From positions 1-64,000 of the forward strand of contig MQRK01171274.1 of the NCBI GenBank assembly GCA_001938485.1: a stretch of DNA of 64,000 bases. The letters are read 5' to 3'. Positions within the stretch are counted from its first letter, which is position 1. The number at the start of each line of letters is the position of its first letter. Made by a program: the position numbers and the translations under genes. Source of the stretch: Girardia tigrina (taxonomy: Eukaryota). A model generated the notes under the pieces. That model had not been told where the DNA came from. It saw only the letters and a list, made by a program, of their open reading frames with translations, and ran no database searches. Positions 51,201-61,024 of the stretch are shown here, one piece after another.

Positions 51201-54200
51201 ATTAGAGCGCCTTCGGGTTCTTGACCAGTATCGAGGATGGCCCGACTGGTAACTCAGTTTCTCGAGGGGACGATTTTACCTCTACTCACACAATTCATCA
51301 AGTTCGAATTTATTTATTTCCGTCGGACAAGGATACCTTCGAAAAACAAGTGACAGTCAGTCCACATGCCCCTAGGCATGCTATGATCTGCCTGCACCGT
51401 CTCTCTAAGCTCTCTGTCCGGGTAAAACTGAAATCATATAATTATGCGTTATTTATAATTAAATATATTCATTTTAATGCTAATAGACTCCATTATATTT
51501 GATTATTTCTTCCTTTCTCATAATAAATTAATTTAAGTGTACTCATGTATGCTATGATAACCACTCTGCGATTTGTCAATTTATTCGCTCATCTAAATTA
51601 TTAATTAATGTAATTCAAAACGACAATTGTTTTACTAAACATTTTCGTGTATTTTAGTTCTGACAAGTAATAACTCTACAAACGTAAAGATGTAAAGTAA
51701 AGTAAATAACGATTTAATTATCATCACATTTATTCACGCTAACAGATATTCTGTCGAACTTTATGTTATCGCATCGGGTTCTCAAACCATCATCAATTCC
51801 TCAATTGCATTGACCATTACATCCTCAATTATACTTCAACACATTGTAATCGAACCGTTAATCATTTTGTCAATCATAGTATTCACCACTTTCCATGATT
51901 CGTAAAGTAAATACACCACGTCAGTGTTTATGTTCATAATCGGAGTGGAGCATATTATTAAAATTCATTCAAAATTTAAGTCAAGAAATAAAATAAATAA
52001 GTAAGACCAAAACTCAAACAAAATAAATAAATGAAAATAAGTATAATAATTTTCAAGGGTACCAAATTTGCATCAAAATTTTATTTATTAATCGGTGCTT
52101 TAAGCGTTACGGGTACAGACACTTGCTTTTCGACTTTATTCAACCATTACTCTAATACTTCGACTGATACAAAATAACCACTACATTTATCCTGATGCCA
52201 GGTTGGCTGATATTTACAGACATTACCGTTGTCGAATCCTCTTAATATCCACAGTATTTAGGAACAAAATCATTCACCACAAGCCAAAATTAATAATAAT
52301 TTGCAATAGATTATCTTTGCTCACGACATATCCTAAAAATTTTGTCTTTTCTATCATGAATTGACACTTTTCATGGTTTATTCGAAAGTCAGATTCTTTA
52401 ATCTTTTGAAATATGTGTTCTTCTTTGTCTTTTGCGAAGATTAAAATATCGTCAACGTATACAACTACTTCTTTCCAGTTTAATTCTCCTAACACTGTCA
52501 TTAGTTCTTGAAATGTTGCTGGGCAGATGCAATTCCGAATGGCATTCTTTTAAAACAATATTGGCCGTTCTTTGTCGAAAATGCAGTTTTTAATTTTGAA
52601 TCGTTCTCCAATTCAACTTGATGATATTGACTCCCAAAGTCGATCATGCTGAAGTATTTCGCTCCATTTAATGTATTTAGCATTTCTTCGACATTTGGCA
52701 TTGGAAATGCTGGTCTGATTGAGACTTTATTTAATTGTCGAAAATCAACACATACTCGGATATCCTGTTTGTCTTTTTTCCATACGCATACTAGCGGAAA
52801 ATTCAATAGGCATCGCACTTTTCTATTCTTTATTTGAAATTCTATACTAGGTCTCCCTTTCAGTTCTTCGTATTCTATTTTAAACTTTGATATTTTCATT
52901 ATATCTGTGATTCTTTCTTCGTCTTTTTCTGAGATCAAGCTGTAACATTTCTCATTGGGTATTTCATTTTCATCATCTAATATACACAATTCCTGATCAA
53001 TATTTTTAACAGCATTTCATACACAACATACGTCATCATATAAAAACAATCACTCATACAGTCAAACACACATATACATTCGTTTCTTAGTGAAGTGCAC
53101 TGATCACTTCTCCCTGTGATCGTGCCTCCTCGTTTCCCTTTTCGTCTCTGAAATATTTCTTGTTTGTAATATTTTCTCTTCTTGTTAGACTTTTATTTAT
53201 TCTTTTATTCGATCTTTCCGACATTCTTTCCCACTCGTTATCGAAGTCTTCAAATTCTGCTACTTGGTATCTTCTATTCGTATATCCCATCCGACCTCTG
53301 TACTGTGTGTTTGTGCATTCGTTTCGGACATTCTTTCTTCTTCGTCTCTTCCAGATTGTTCGCGCTCTATAAATCTGTTTGGAGACATTGTGTTCTTACA
53401 TGTCCTGTCTTATTAAAATGGTTGCATTTAACATTTTGGCATTGCCGTCTCACATGTCCTTCTTCATGGTAGGCCCGACATATGATCCTTCTCGCTTTAA
53501 AATTTCTTCTTGGTTCTACGATCTTGCTCTCTTCGGTCTCGGTCTTCTTGTTCTATATTCAATTTTCTTCCATTCTTTATTTTCCTTTGTCTTGTATGCG
53601 TCCACTCTTATATTCCTGTCTTTCAGCTCAAATTCGTAAATTTTCTCCTGTATTTATTTCTCCTGAATATTCTTTATATCTTTTGCTTTTGTTGCATTTC
53701 TCTGAGTCATTTCTCTTTTTACTTCTCTATCTTCGATGGCGTTGGCGTACGCTAGGTTTGAAAGTTCTTTTTTTCCTAGTTTTTTCTCAACTAGTTGCTC
53801 CACTAGTTCATCAATCTTTTTTAAATATTTCTGAAGGATTTTTATCCCAGATTCTAATCTCTACAAGCTCCTTTATTATTTCCAAAACATTTTTCTCTTT
53901 CGAGAATGCACTTTTCATTCCTGTTTCCCAGTTGTCTCCTTGTGTTTTCTCATATTTGTTTATCGCCTCTGAAGTCATGAATGCTGTAACTAATATCGCT
54001 TTTCTTTCTTCATTAAATCCCAAAATCTTTGAATATCACTCAAAGCTTATTAGGAATTCTTCTAATTTTGCTTCTGACCCATCGAATGTCTGCGGTCACT
54101 TGATAATTGGTGTCACGTGGTCAAGTATCGCCATATTAAAAACATTTAGACAAGTCTCGTTTGAATTTTTATTACAATCACATTTAGAGTCATTATGAAT

Positions 54201-57200
54201 CTCAGAAAATCTTTCATTTTCATCATTCTAATTGGTTTTCTTATTTCTATTTTTAATCATGATTTATTCGAACAATTTTTCTAAGTTATTTCTTAAAATA
54301 TTTAAAAATACATACATCATCAATATATTTACACATTCAAATATTTAAAATATTCATCACAGTCACTATGAAAATGGTTCTTTAAATTCCGGCAAATTAT
54401 TGTCTTTATCCTTCAAATCCAAAAACATTCAGATTAAGAAACATTTTTGGTGACGATACTTTTGATAAATCTCCAAGTATGTTTTATCAATTATACACAT
54501 TGATATTCTCATTAAAGTTAAAGTATCATTAAGAATGTTAAAAGATTGAACCTCCGAAATGAATATTCAAATGATACAAATGTCAAAAATAAAATTCTAA
54601 ACGACGTTAAAATGTGTGCCTATATATATAATCTAGAACTGATAATGGCATTTTTAATAATAATGCAAACAAAGGCCATTTTTGAATATTAAATTTATTC
54701 ACAATACATACGGGTTTCACCATTTCGCATCTTCAGTGCAATTAAATAAAGTGAGTAATTACTATTTATATAGCTGAAAATTATTACATCATATGTCTCA
54801 AAAACATGCTTTTTTTCCTTATTATTTTTAAAAAAAAGTATTTTAATGATATTAAAAAAAACTTTAATATGATTAGATGAATCACCTTGAACGTTTAAGC
54901 ATGATTTATTATACTTTATTAACAATGCTTCGGTAATAATCCTTCATTATTTGTGTCAAAATTATTTAAAATCACTTTAAAGTCTTTATTGTAATCCATA
55001 AGATTACCTTTAAATCTTTTAATATGGTTCAATATCGAACTATTTCTACTCAATTGAGTATGTTCAGTAATTCTAGTGCTGAGATGACGACTTGTCTCTC
55101 CAATGTACAAGGCTTCGCACTTGTGACATTTGAATTGATAAACTAGATTTGCCTTAATATACAAAGGAGTTTTTGATTTGTTGGAAAAATAGTTCCGGCA
55201 TTTATTAGTTACAAAGGTTACTCTCAATTTTAAGCCAATAGGTGTTCGATGTTCTAAAAATCGTTTGAACTCTTGCTCTCTCTGAGTACGGAAATTTTAG
55301 ATTGATAGTCATTTGATTATCAATGTCATTTTCAGAAGTTATATTTGATGTATTATTTAATTTTAAATAAATGGATTCAACAGTATCTTTTATGATTTTA
55401 TTTAAATACTTTTTATTAAATCCATTTTTAGAAAGCATATTATGAAGTTCATCAACTTCATTATCAAATATCTCAAGGGTTGATGTTAAACTCCAGACTC
55501 TATGTACCAAACCTTTAATCATGTTCCTATTGTATTTTGGGTCAGAAAAACTGTTTGAACAACTGTACAAACCGGTGTCAGTTGGTTTTCGATATATTCG
55601 AATCTGATATTTTTCTTTAATTCTTTCAATTAATACATCTAAAAATGATAATTTATTAGTATTTTCCATTTCAAAGGTAATCTTGATATTAGGGTGAAGA
55701 CCATTTAAAAACTCTAAAAAGCGTGAGACATTCTCTTCACCTTTAAATATAAGAAAAGTGTCATCAACATATCTCGTGTAAAATAAATTTTTTTTAAAAA
55801 AAATAATAAGGAAAAAAAGTATGGTTAGGGTTAGGGATAGGGTTTTAGGGTTTCAACTATATAAATAGTAATTAATCACTTTATTTCATTGCACTGAAGA
55901 TGCCGAAATGGTGAAACGTGTATGTATTGTGAATAAATTTAACATACAAAAATGGCCTTTGTTTGCATTATATATATATATATATATAATTTAGCATTCA
56001 TGATCTTCATTTATATCTCCAATGGACTTATGTGTCTGCTAACTTACAAGAGTCATCTACTAACTTACCTTTGAGTTTTCACAAAAAGATGATGAATCTG
56101 TTTATTTGATTTTTAAAATTAATCATTGCTGTAGTAAATGGAGTTGATTGATTATATTCTTAGAAAATTTTATCATGTAAACATTTTTATTTCAAAACCT
56201 TTTTAGTGAAGCGTTTATATTTCTTTATTACAAGTAAATTTAAAATAACTTTGCTTACTTATTTTGAAATTCCTGTAAATCTGAACCAATTTTTTCCATG
56301 TCTACGTTTTTCCAAATTATTTCGTAGTATCCACTTACTGTTTTGTTAACTTCATTATATAAACCATAAAGTCTTTGAAGCAATTCCAGCTCCTTTCCAA
56401 TTTGTAAAAAGGCAGGATAATTAGATTGTGGAAGTCCGAATAATATTTCACCTTTACCATAACTTTCTACTTTTCTAAGGAGGTTGTCAAACCTATTTTT
56501 AAATAATATTTGTTTATCTAAGGCTTCTACTGGTGGTAGGCCAGGCTTCATTGGACCTCTCTAAATTTAATTAGGTTATTTATAATTTTTGTCGAATATT
56601 ACTTCATTATAATCATTGATAAAATCTTCTATGTCCGATTTCAACTGTGCAATATTATTTAGCAATCCTTCTTTATAACTTCCTTGGATTGAGAGAATAT
56701 GATCCATTGCATTGAATTCATTTTCCTTCATTTTATTATAGTTACAACGAACTGCTTCCACGAGATCTCCAGTTGTCTTCGGGTATGGAATGTCAAATTT
56801 ACTCATTGTTTGACTTGCATACTAAGATAATAGTTATTATTTAGAGATTAAATTGGACTTGGTTTTTAACATTAAAAGTTCTAACAAGAATTAAGAAAAA
56901 AGAAAATTAATCTCAAATTTTCTACAACTTTTTAACAATCAAAAATGTCTCCGTAGAGTTCATATCTAATATTAAATATATACATAGCTGTTCGGAATTC
57001 AATCTTTAAAAATTATTAAGTGTGTGCAAACAATTGTATCCTTTCATCTCTCTCTTATGTCGAAACGTTCTTAATAACATTGAATGACAATTACTGTTAA
57101 TTATTTTGCCTTTGCTAAAAATTTCTTAAAAGTTGCCCGACTCCGACTCCAACTTCGACTCAACCTTCGACCCGACTCCGACTCTGACTCCTTTTAAGGT

Positions 57201-59956
57201 CAATTTATAGTATTTGTATTATTTTGGTCGGAGTTAAGTTTCACGACTCCGACTCCGACAATGACTTCCTCAAAAATCCTTAAACTCAGACTCTGATTCC
57301 TACTCCGCGGCCCTGATATATGTATAGTCAAATATAGACTGAAATGTGTATGGTCAAATATTAAATAAAATTAAATAAAGTTGATTTAAAAAAAATAAAC
57401 AAGAAATTAATTAAATAAGTTACATAAAAAAGAAAAATAAATTAAGATAAAAGTAAAAATTTGAATTCAAAAATAAAACTGAGTTAAACTCAGTTAATTA
57501 ATTAATTCGTTTAATAATTACAAGTCATGTGACTCCTGTACTGTTCGAACGGCAGAGTGGTTGAAATCGGGAAAGTAATCGGTATATGAGTGTGTGTGTG
57601 TGTGTGTATGAGGTACCGATTGGAGAAAGGGATCAAATACTTGTTCTGTTTGGTTATCCAGTCAGAGCAAGTATTGGCCAGAAAGAAAATTACCACATTT
57701 TCGTGATTTTCAAATTTCTATTGTTTCACGAGCATTTTCTGACAGAGTTTCATTGAGTTGTAATGAAATGGCATTCTAGGTTGACCGTTAATTTTACAAT
57801 GAAGACCACGAATCTGAAAACTCACAAATCATAGCCTAATCCGCCCATCAATCAAGTCGAAAAAGTTCCATTTAAACTCCATCTCAAGTTTCCAAGAAAC
57901 AGCCTAATTCAAAATCAATCAACGACTTTATTAAGCCAATTATACCCGGTACCTAGAGCCAATCCTTTTACCGAAGGTACGGATTTAAATGTACCGACTT
58001 TTCTTACCTACTCAAGGATTATATCACAAAAAAATCAATTAAATTGATATATTATTAGACCCCCATTTCGTATATTTAATGGGCACACGACGCCTTTTTC
58101 TAAACTGAAAAAAATGGAAAACGAAATAAAGAACTGAGAAATTTACACCCTCTAAACATTTGAAACGTATCGCCTTAGACAATGACCTATATCGCCGGTT
58201 TACAACCGGGCTCAATAGGAATGCTCAAAGTAATATTTTAAAAGTTATATTAATTGCTTTCAATTCTTTAAAAGGTTTTTCAGTGTTTAAATAGTTTTAT
58301 AACTGAACGGTTGTCATTTAATTTATTTGCAAGGAGCATAACAATTCTGTGTTTAGAAATAAAATAATTAAATGTCAAATGATATAATTTACTTCTGCCG
58401 TCATTATGTCATAATCCATTTTTATATCAATTTGTCTGATGTTAGTCAAAGTATCCATTACAAAAGCTATATCATCTAAATTAGTAATATTCTTCGACAA
58501 ATTCCTTTCGATTTCATCAAGTTGAATTTGAATTTGCTCGATTCTGCTAACGAATCTTTCTGTACAGCCAGTCACATATACCTGAACAAAAGGAAATCAT
58601 TATAAATAAATGAAAATATTGACATATTCAATAATATGAAAGTGAGATTACCATCATAACACTTTGAGAAAAGTCAAATAAATATGTTTAAAATATTAAA
58701 TTATGGAGAGAATAAAGTAGATTTTATCAGGCCACTGATTATTTACGTACCATCCTTTAAGGTACGTAAAGTATAATGGACTTTAATTCAATTAAATTAA
58801 ATATATTTATATTAAAATTGAAAATAAAAAATCATTAGTAGGAATACGACATTTCCTAGGTAAATTTTTGCATTTTCCGCGGTTTTTCGCGGTTAATATT
58901 CATATATATATATATATATTCCATTTCTTTCATTTTGGTGCATAAATACGCACTGTGCATGGAATTATTTTATCTATATATATTTATTTTCATCCATATT
59001 ATTAAGTATCTTAAATAAATTTTTATCTATGAATATAAACATTCCAATATATTACAAATATAAATTACAATATAAATTTTTATCTCTGACTATAAAAATT
59101 CACAATAAAAAAGTCTCATACGACTAATATAGTTATATATGTTTTCCTTAAGAAGACATAATTTACTACTCCAAATTTCATTTAAATGCAGTCGCAAAAG
59201 AGATGCAGTGTTTTTCGTAGTCAATCGCTATCTGAGAGTGATAAGCACTTGGTTTAAAGCACTGAATGACCGTTCCAAATCACCGCTGTGAACAATGAAC
59301 TGTAGTAGTAAAATAGCAAGCACAGCAAGATTATGAACACGATTTTGAACAGCTTTCCAAACATTTAAGCGACTGGTAAAACTTTTACTGATATCTCCAA
59401 ATAATCGAAGATAAACTAGTCAATATTAATCGCAAGTGTCACGGAGTCTCAAATCTGACTTCAATTCTGTGAAACATGAAAGTTCGACAGCAGGTAACAA
59501 TAATGGAAAATGAAATGAATTTAATTTGAAAATACGACTCATATTCAAATCTATTTTCTAAAACTAAAAGAAGGCTAAACTTTGTATTATAAGAAATCAA
59601 TTAAATACATATTTTTGGGAATCTTAAATGTGTTAAAAATTATTTTTTGCACCCTCCCCCAATAAGAATTTATTGTTGCGCCCCTGCATGTCGCACATTA
59701 TTATTTTAAATTAACATTATAAAGTCTTATTTTATATAGTTTTAGAAAATATGATAGATACAAATATTATTGATGTATACACTGTTAAACACAACTGGGA
59801 ACTGCATAAATCATTGGACAAAGAGTTTGAACCAGTAATGCCAAATCGCTCTCCTTCATCAACATAATTTTTAATCATTAACAGATAATTAAGATAATTA
59901 AATTAACAGATAATTAATAAAGCATTCAAAATAGGTTTCTAAATTACATGGATACT

Positions 59957-60003
<47 letters not shown>

Positions 60004-61024
60004 AGGTGCAAAAGTTTGTGAACGCTTGTTTCTATACTGCTTTTTGTTGTTACACTGCATGTTTGTGTATTTTTTGTTAAGTATACATAAACCATTTAAA
60101 TGATTAAATGCATATTTTATTTTTATTACTTTCCAAGTTATAAATTGTCATTATTTATTTTAGAGTCATGCCTGTCCGCGGCAAGGAGCTAACAACAGAA
60201 CAACGTGCAGCAGTTTTGGTATTGCAGAAGCACAGCGTTTCTTATCGACAAATAGTTACAACTCTTAATGTTTCTCTTGGAGTTGTGTATCAAACTGTTC
60301 ATAGAAATAGGGAGACTAGTTCCTTATGTTCAAGATCTCGATGTGGTCATCCAAAGTCAACCAGTCAAAGAAATTGATTGAAATATTAATATTAATATTA
60401 AATATCAATACACAAAATATTAAATATACACTGGTTTTTCTTGGTTTATGTGCCAGTTATGACAAGTTTGGATAAATTTGTGTCTTATTATAATGTTCTA
60501 ATAAAATCTTTGTATTTTGGTGTGCTTTTGTCAATATAATTGCAGATGGGTGCAAAAGACAATTTAACATTAAGCGTTCACAAACTTTTGCACCTGACTG
60601 TATAGAAAGTAAGCTAAGAAAAAGAATGGAAAAATGTTCATTTTTATTCTCAAAGTTTCTTTCTACATCAGGCTAGAAATTTTTAGATCTATCAACTTAT
60701 AAAAATAATAAATTTATCGTGACATTTATTTCTTATTTGTATAAAAATATTCAAAATTATTAACCTGTTTAAACTGTTTCAGATTAGCAAGAGCAGCTAA
60801 TTTAAACTCTGTTGTATCAATATACAATGGACCGATAACATAATAAGACGCTTCGTTTTCCAGCTGTTCTTGAACCTGATCTAATTCTTTAAATTTTGTC
60901 TGAAATTCGTACATTGAAGGTTTATGTTCCATAAATTCGGCAATTTCGTCATTGGGATTTGATGTCCATAAATTGGAATAGCATTGCAAAGTTTGAGTTA
61001 AGCTTTTGATCTCTTTCAATTCTC
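10469..61024 (-). CDS. DNAH5: Axonemal outer-arm dynein heavy chain (DNAH5/DNAH8 type), 5'-partial, 29 exons in window, about 3,497 aa
   Basis: P-loops [24 protein letters not shown] and GVGGSGKQ; CFDEFNR; stalk coiled coil; C-terminus [16 protein letters not shown] as in DNAH5/8 (the two cannot be separated here). All introns are GT-AG and frame is preserved. Exons: 60765-61024, 58393-58581, 56603-56821, 56259-56560, 50101-50541, 49531-50056, 49101-49487, 46812-47075, 46491-46766, 46247-46441, 42861-43157, 42186-42674, 41776-42139, 41449-41726, 38922-39137, 38542-38868, 30589-30779, 30471-30540, 30174-30427, 29285-29438, 23838-25448, 23631-23786, 20719-20874, 20483-20665, 17483-18372, 16816-17434, 16498-16760, 11073-11442, 10469-11017. 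Confidence 0.96.
12340..13870 (+). mobile_element. Polinton/Maverick protein-primed PolB relic, internally deleted
   Basis: [91 protein letters not shown], then directly the C-terminal [16 protein letters not shown]; many stops and frameshifts. Confidence 0.85.
14460..15427. mobile_element. Putative non-autonomous DNA element (Kolobok-like 3' end CCT|TTAA) carrying an X-box-like repeat array
   Basis: Compositionally distinct segment ending ...aatCCT followed by TTAA (15428-15431); the other end is not visible (gap and (TA)n). Confidence 0.4.
14954..15278. repeat. Degenerate 21-bp tandem repeat; each unit holds a 14-bp RFX X-box-like motif
   Basis: Motif starts at 14954/14975/14996, 15077/15098/15119/15140 and 15223/15244/15265 (period 21); examples GTTGCTATGGATAC, GTTGCTATGGTAAC (15047), GTTGCCATGTCAAC; spacer about CGGAACC. 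Confidence 0.8.
15441..16253. mobile_element. pogo/Tigger-type MITE (813 bp) with TA TSD
   Basis: TA|CAGTGAAAGCCGCTTAATATGACCAC ... GTGGTCCTATTAAGCGGTTTACACTG|TA; subterminal CGSTTAATAGGACCA repeats; no transposase. Confidence 0.9.
16498..18372 (-). CDS. DNAH5: Dynein HC exons (AAA5 end, AAA6)
   Basis: 17483-18372, 16816-17434, 16498-16760; [54 protein letters not shown]. Confidence 0.95.
18904..19191 (+). pseudogene. Highly diverged beta-tubulin N-terminal fragment in a dynein intron
   Basis: [19 protein letters not shown]...DSDLQLQR...VP.SVMVE....TLD......[18 protein letters not shown] aligns with beta-tubulin residues 1-100; DSDLQL is the beta-type motif. Confidence 0.8.
19192..19509. 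mobile_element. Solo LTR (318 bp) with 6-bp TSD
   Basis: TG...CA termini (TGTGAAAG ... GCAACA) flanked by AATAAT at 19186-19191 and 19510-19515. Confidence 0.6.
20483..20874 (-). CDS. DNAH5: Dynein HC exons (AAA5)
   Basis: 20719-20874, 20483-20665; [39 protein letters not shown]. Confidence 0.95.
21853..22200 (-). pseudogene. HECTD1-like N-terminal (armadillo) fragment in a dynein intron
   Basis: [23 protein letters not shown] resembles the HECTD1 N-terminus (LLEWLQMG..DMQLIALEQLCMLLL); [16 protein letters not shown]....NNPISR resembles RIVGVDGAIKALCNRL....NNRTSR; about 30 aa missing between the blocks. Confidence 0.7.
23631..25448 (-). CDS. DNAH5: Dynein HC exons (AAA4 end, stalk/MTBD, AAA5 start)
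   Basis: 23838-25448, 23631-23786; [52 protein letters not shown]. Confidence 0.96.
25533..25745. mobile_element. piggyBac-like MITE (213 bp)
   Basis: TTAA|CCCATTAAGTACCAAATGTTTT ... AAAACATTGGTAATTAATGGG|TTAC; imperfect TIR and a TTAA TSD with one mismatch. Confidence 0.7.
26289..27535 (+). mobile_element. mariner element, mauritiana/Mos1-like; interior hidden by an assembly gap
   Basis: Perfect 28-bp TIRs TTAGGTGTACAAGTATGAAATGCGGATT with TA TSD; transposase N-terminus [32 protein letters not shown] and C-terminus [10 protein letters not shown] resemble Mos1. Confidence 0.92.
29285..30779 (-). CDS. DNAH5: Dynein HC exons (AAA3 lid, AAA4)
   Basis: 30589-30779, 30471-30540, 30174-30427, 29285-29438; [46 protein letters not shown]. 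Confidence 0.95.
31159..31260 (+). mobile_element. hAT-like terminus with ATCCGGC subterminal repeats
   Basis: TAGGGCTGTGCCGG start followed by repeated AATCCGGCT motifs. Confidence 0.5.
32560..32880 (+). mobile_element. hAT transposase C-terminal dimerisation domain relic
   Basis: [45 protein letters not shown]. Confidence 0.8.
33130..33820 (+). mobile_element. Second hAT transposase relic with terminal sequence
   Basis: HGIHLAV; [22 protein letters not shown]; AACCGGTTAACCGG subterminal motif and ...CATCTCT end. Confidence 0.6.
37110..37250 (-). mobile_element. hAT (Tip100/ZMYM-like) dimerisation domain relic
   Basis: Minus strand reads [37 protein letters not shown]. Confidence 0.65.
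38542..39137 (-). CDS. DNAH5: Dynein HC exons (AAA3)
   Basis: 38922-39137, 38542-38868; [51 protein letters not shown]. Confidence 0.96.
40540..41040 (-). mobile_element. Mutator/MULE transposase C-terminal relic
   Basis: [36 protein letters not shown] motifs typical of animal MULE transposases. Confidence 0.85.
41449..43157 (-). CDS. DNAH5: Dynein HC exons (AAA1 lid, AAA2, AAA3 start)
   Basis: 42861-43157, 42186-42674, 41776-42139, 41449-41726; [55 protein letters not shown]. Confidence 0.96.
44255..44390. repeat. Cluster of GGCCATTAGGCCGATA motifs, direct and inverted (DNA-transposon subterminal type)
   Basis: About four direct copies plus the inverted copy ATGGCCTAATGGCC. Confidence 0.6.
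45050..45116 (-). mobile_element. hAT-type terminus (CAGTGGCGTAGCG...)
   Basis: GC-rich ...gccacccggggcggaccgccccc...cgctacgccactg, a common hAT MITE end. Confidence 0.6.
45117..46202 (+). mobile_element. Helitron-like non-autonomous element with duplicated head
   Basis: TATAATAGAATTATGATTTCTGT at 45119 (followed by (TCTG)n) and again at 46106; 3' hairpin GCCAG.ac.CTGGC followed by ...CTAGT. Confidence 0.5.
46247..47075 (-). CDS. DNAH5: Dynein HC exons (AAA1)
   Basis: 46812-47075, 46491-46766, 46247-46441; [63 protein letters not shown]. Confidence 0.97.
47100..48130 (-). mobile_element. Penelope-like retroelement, 5'-truncated (RT + GIY-YIG endonuclease + pLTR)
   Basis: [38 protein letters not shown]; [28 protein letters not shown]...[13 protein letters not shown]. 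Confidence 0.93.
47129..47169 (-). ncRNA. Minimal type I hammerhead ribozyme in a Penelope pLTR
   Basis: Minus strand TGTT-CTGACGA-T-GACGG-TTAAA-CCGTC-GAAA-TTAA-TA-AACG: full catalytic core, 5-bp stem II, palindromic TTAA stem III loop, short stem I. Confidence 0.85.
48157..48776 (+). mobile_element. mariner (Hsmar1/cecropia-like) transposase 3' half with 3' TIR
   Basis: [42 protein letters not shown] with stops; ...TTGCAACAATCTAA|TA. Confidence 0.9.
49101..50541 (-). CDS. DNAH5: Dynein HC exons (linker / DHC_N2)
   Basis: 50101-50541, 49531-50056, 49101-49487; [54 protein letters not shown]. Confidence 0.96.
52270..54140 (-). mobile_element. Ty3/Gypsy relic (gag with two degenerate zinc knuckles, deleted protease, RT)
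   Basis: [14 protein letters not shown] and [14 protein letters not shown] (about 53385-53480); [38 protein letters not shown]. Confidence 0.88.
54705..54740 (-). ncRNA. Minimal hammerhead ribozyme (degenerate copy) in the Penelope 3' pLTR
   Basis: TGCA-CTGAAGA-T-GC-GAAAT-GGT-GAAA-CCCG-TA-TGTA; one base lost from stem II. Confidence 0.65.
55823..55850 (+). repeat. Short TTAGGG-like tract
   Basis: GGTTAGGG TTAGGG ATAGGG TTTTAGGG, directly abutting the inverted pLTR. Confidence 0.7.
55890..55926 (+). ncRNA. Minimal hammerhead ribozyme in the inverted Penelope pLTR
   Basis: TGCA-CTGAAGA-T-GCC-GAAAT-GGT-GAAA-CGTG-TA-TGTA. Confidence 0.75.
56259..56821 (-). CDS. DNAH5: Dynein HC exons (tail)
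   Basis: 56603-56821, 56259-56560; [32 protein letters not shown]. Confidence 0.93.
57135..57315 (-). mobile_element. hAT-type MITE end with (GACTCC)n subterminal repeats
   Basis: Repeated CCGACTCCGACT and terminus ...ACTCCGCGGCCCTG (CAGGGCCGCGGAGT on the minus strand). Confidence 0.6.
57950..58011 (-). pseudogene. 28S rRNA fragment (degenerate)
   Basis: Plus strand TAGAGCCAATCCTTTTACCGAAGGTACGGAT...CCGACTTTTCTTACCTAC closely matches the antisense of a conserved LSU segment as recalled (TAGAGCCAATCCTTATCCCGAAGTTACGGATC...GCCGACTTCCCTTACCTAC). Confidence 0.75.
58393..58581 (-). CDS. DNAH5: Dynein HC exon (tail)
   Basis: AG/GT bounded, phase 0/0; [20 protein letters not shown] resembles DNAH5 L.RPI.DLDDIR.AM. 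Confidence 0.88.
59999..60600 (+). mobile_element. Internally deleted Tc1 element
   Basis: TIRs AGTCAGGTGCAAAAGTTTGTGAACGCTT / AAGCGTTCACAAACTTTTGCACCTGACTG|TA; only the N-terminal HTH region (60168-60377, ..SYRQI..L.VS..V...RSRCGHPK) is retained. Confidence 0.88.
60765..61024 (-). CDS. DNAH5: Dynein HC exon (tail); most 5' exon in the window
   Basis: AG/GT bounded; Y..LW...[11 protein letters not shown]...[12 protein letters not shown] resembles the DNAH5 tail. Confidence 0.85.

Larger units (their letters stand above)
54661..55970 (-). mobile_element. Penelope-like element, 5'-truncated, with an inverted pLTR copy
   Basis: RYVDD (about 55765), LSFLDV, YRKPT.TG; [35 protein letters not shown]; about 120-bp inverted repeats at 54661-54779 and 55851-55970. 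Confidence 0.92.

Noticed and set aside
53160-54198. Hydrophobic plus-strand ORFs resembling membrane proteins (also minus-strand 35371-35871)
   Set aside because: Antisense of purine-rich gag-like or Lys/Glu-rich sequence
58742-58770. Palindrome TTTACGTACC..GGTACGTAAA as a terminator or structured RNA
   Set aside because: More likely the end of an unclassified non-autonomous element; no further support
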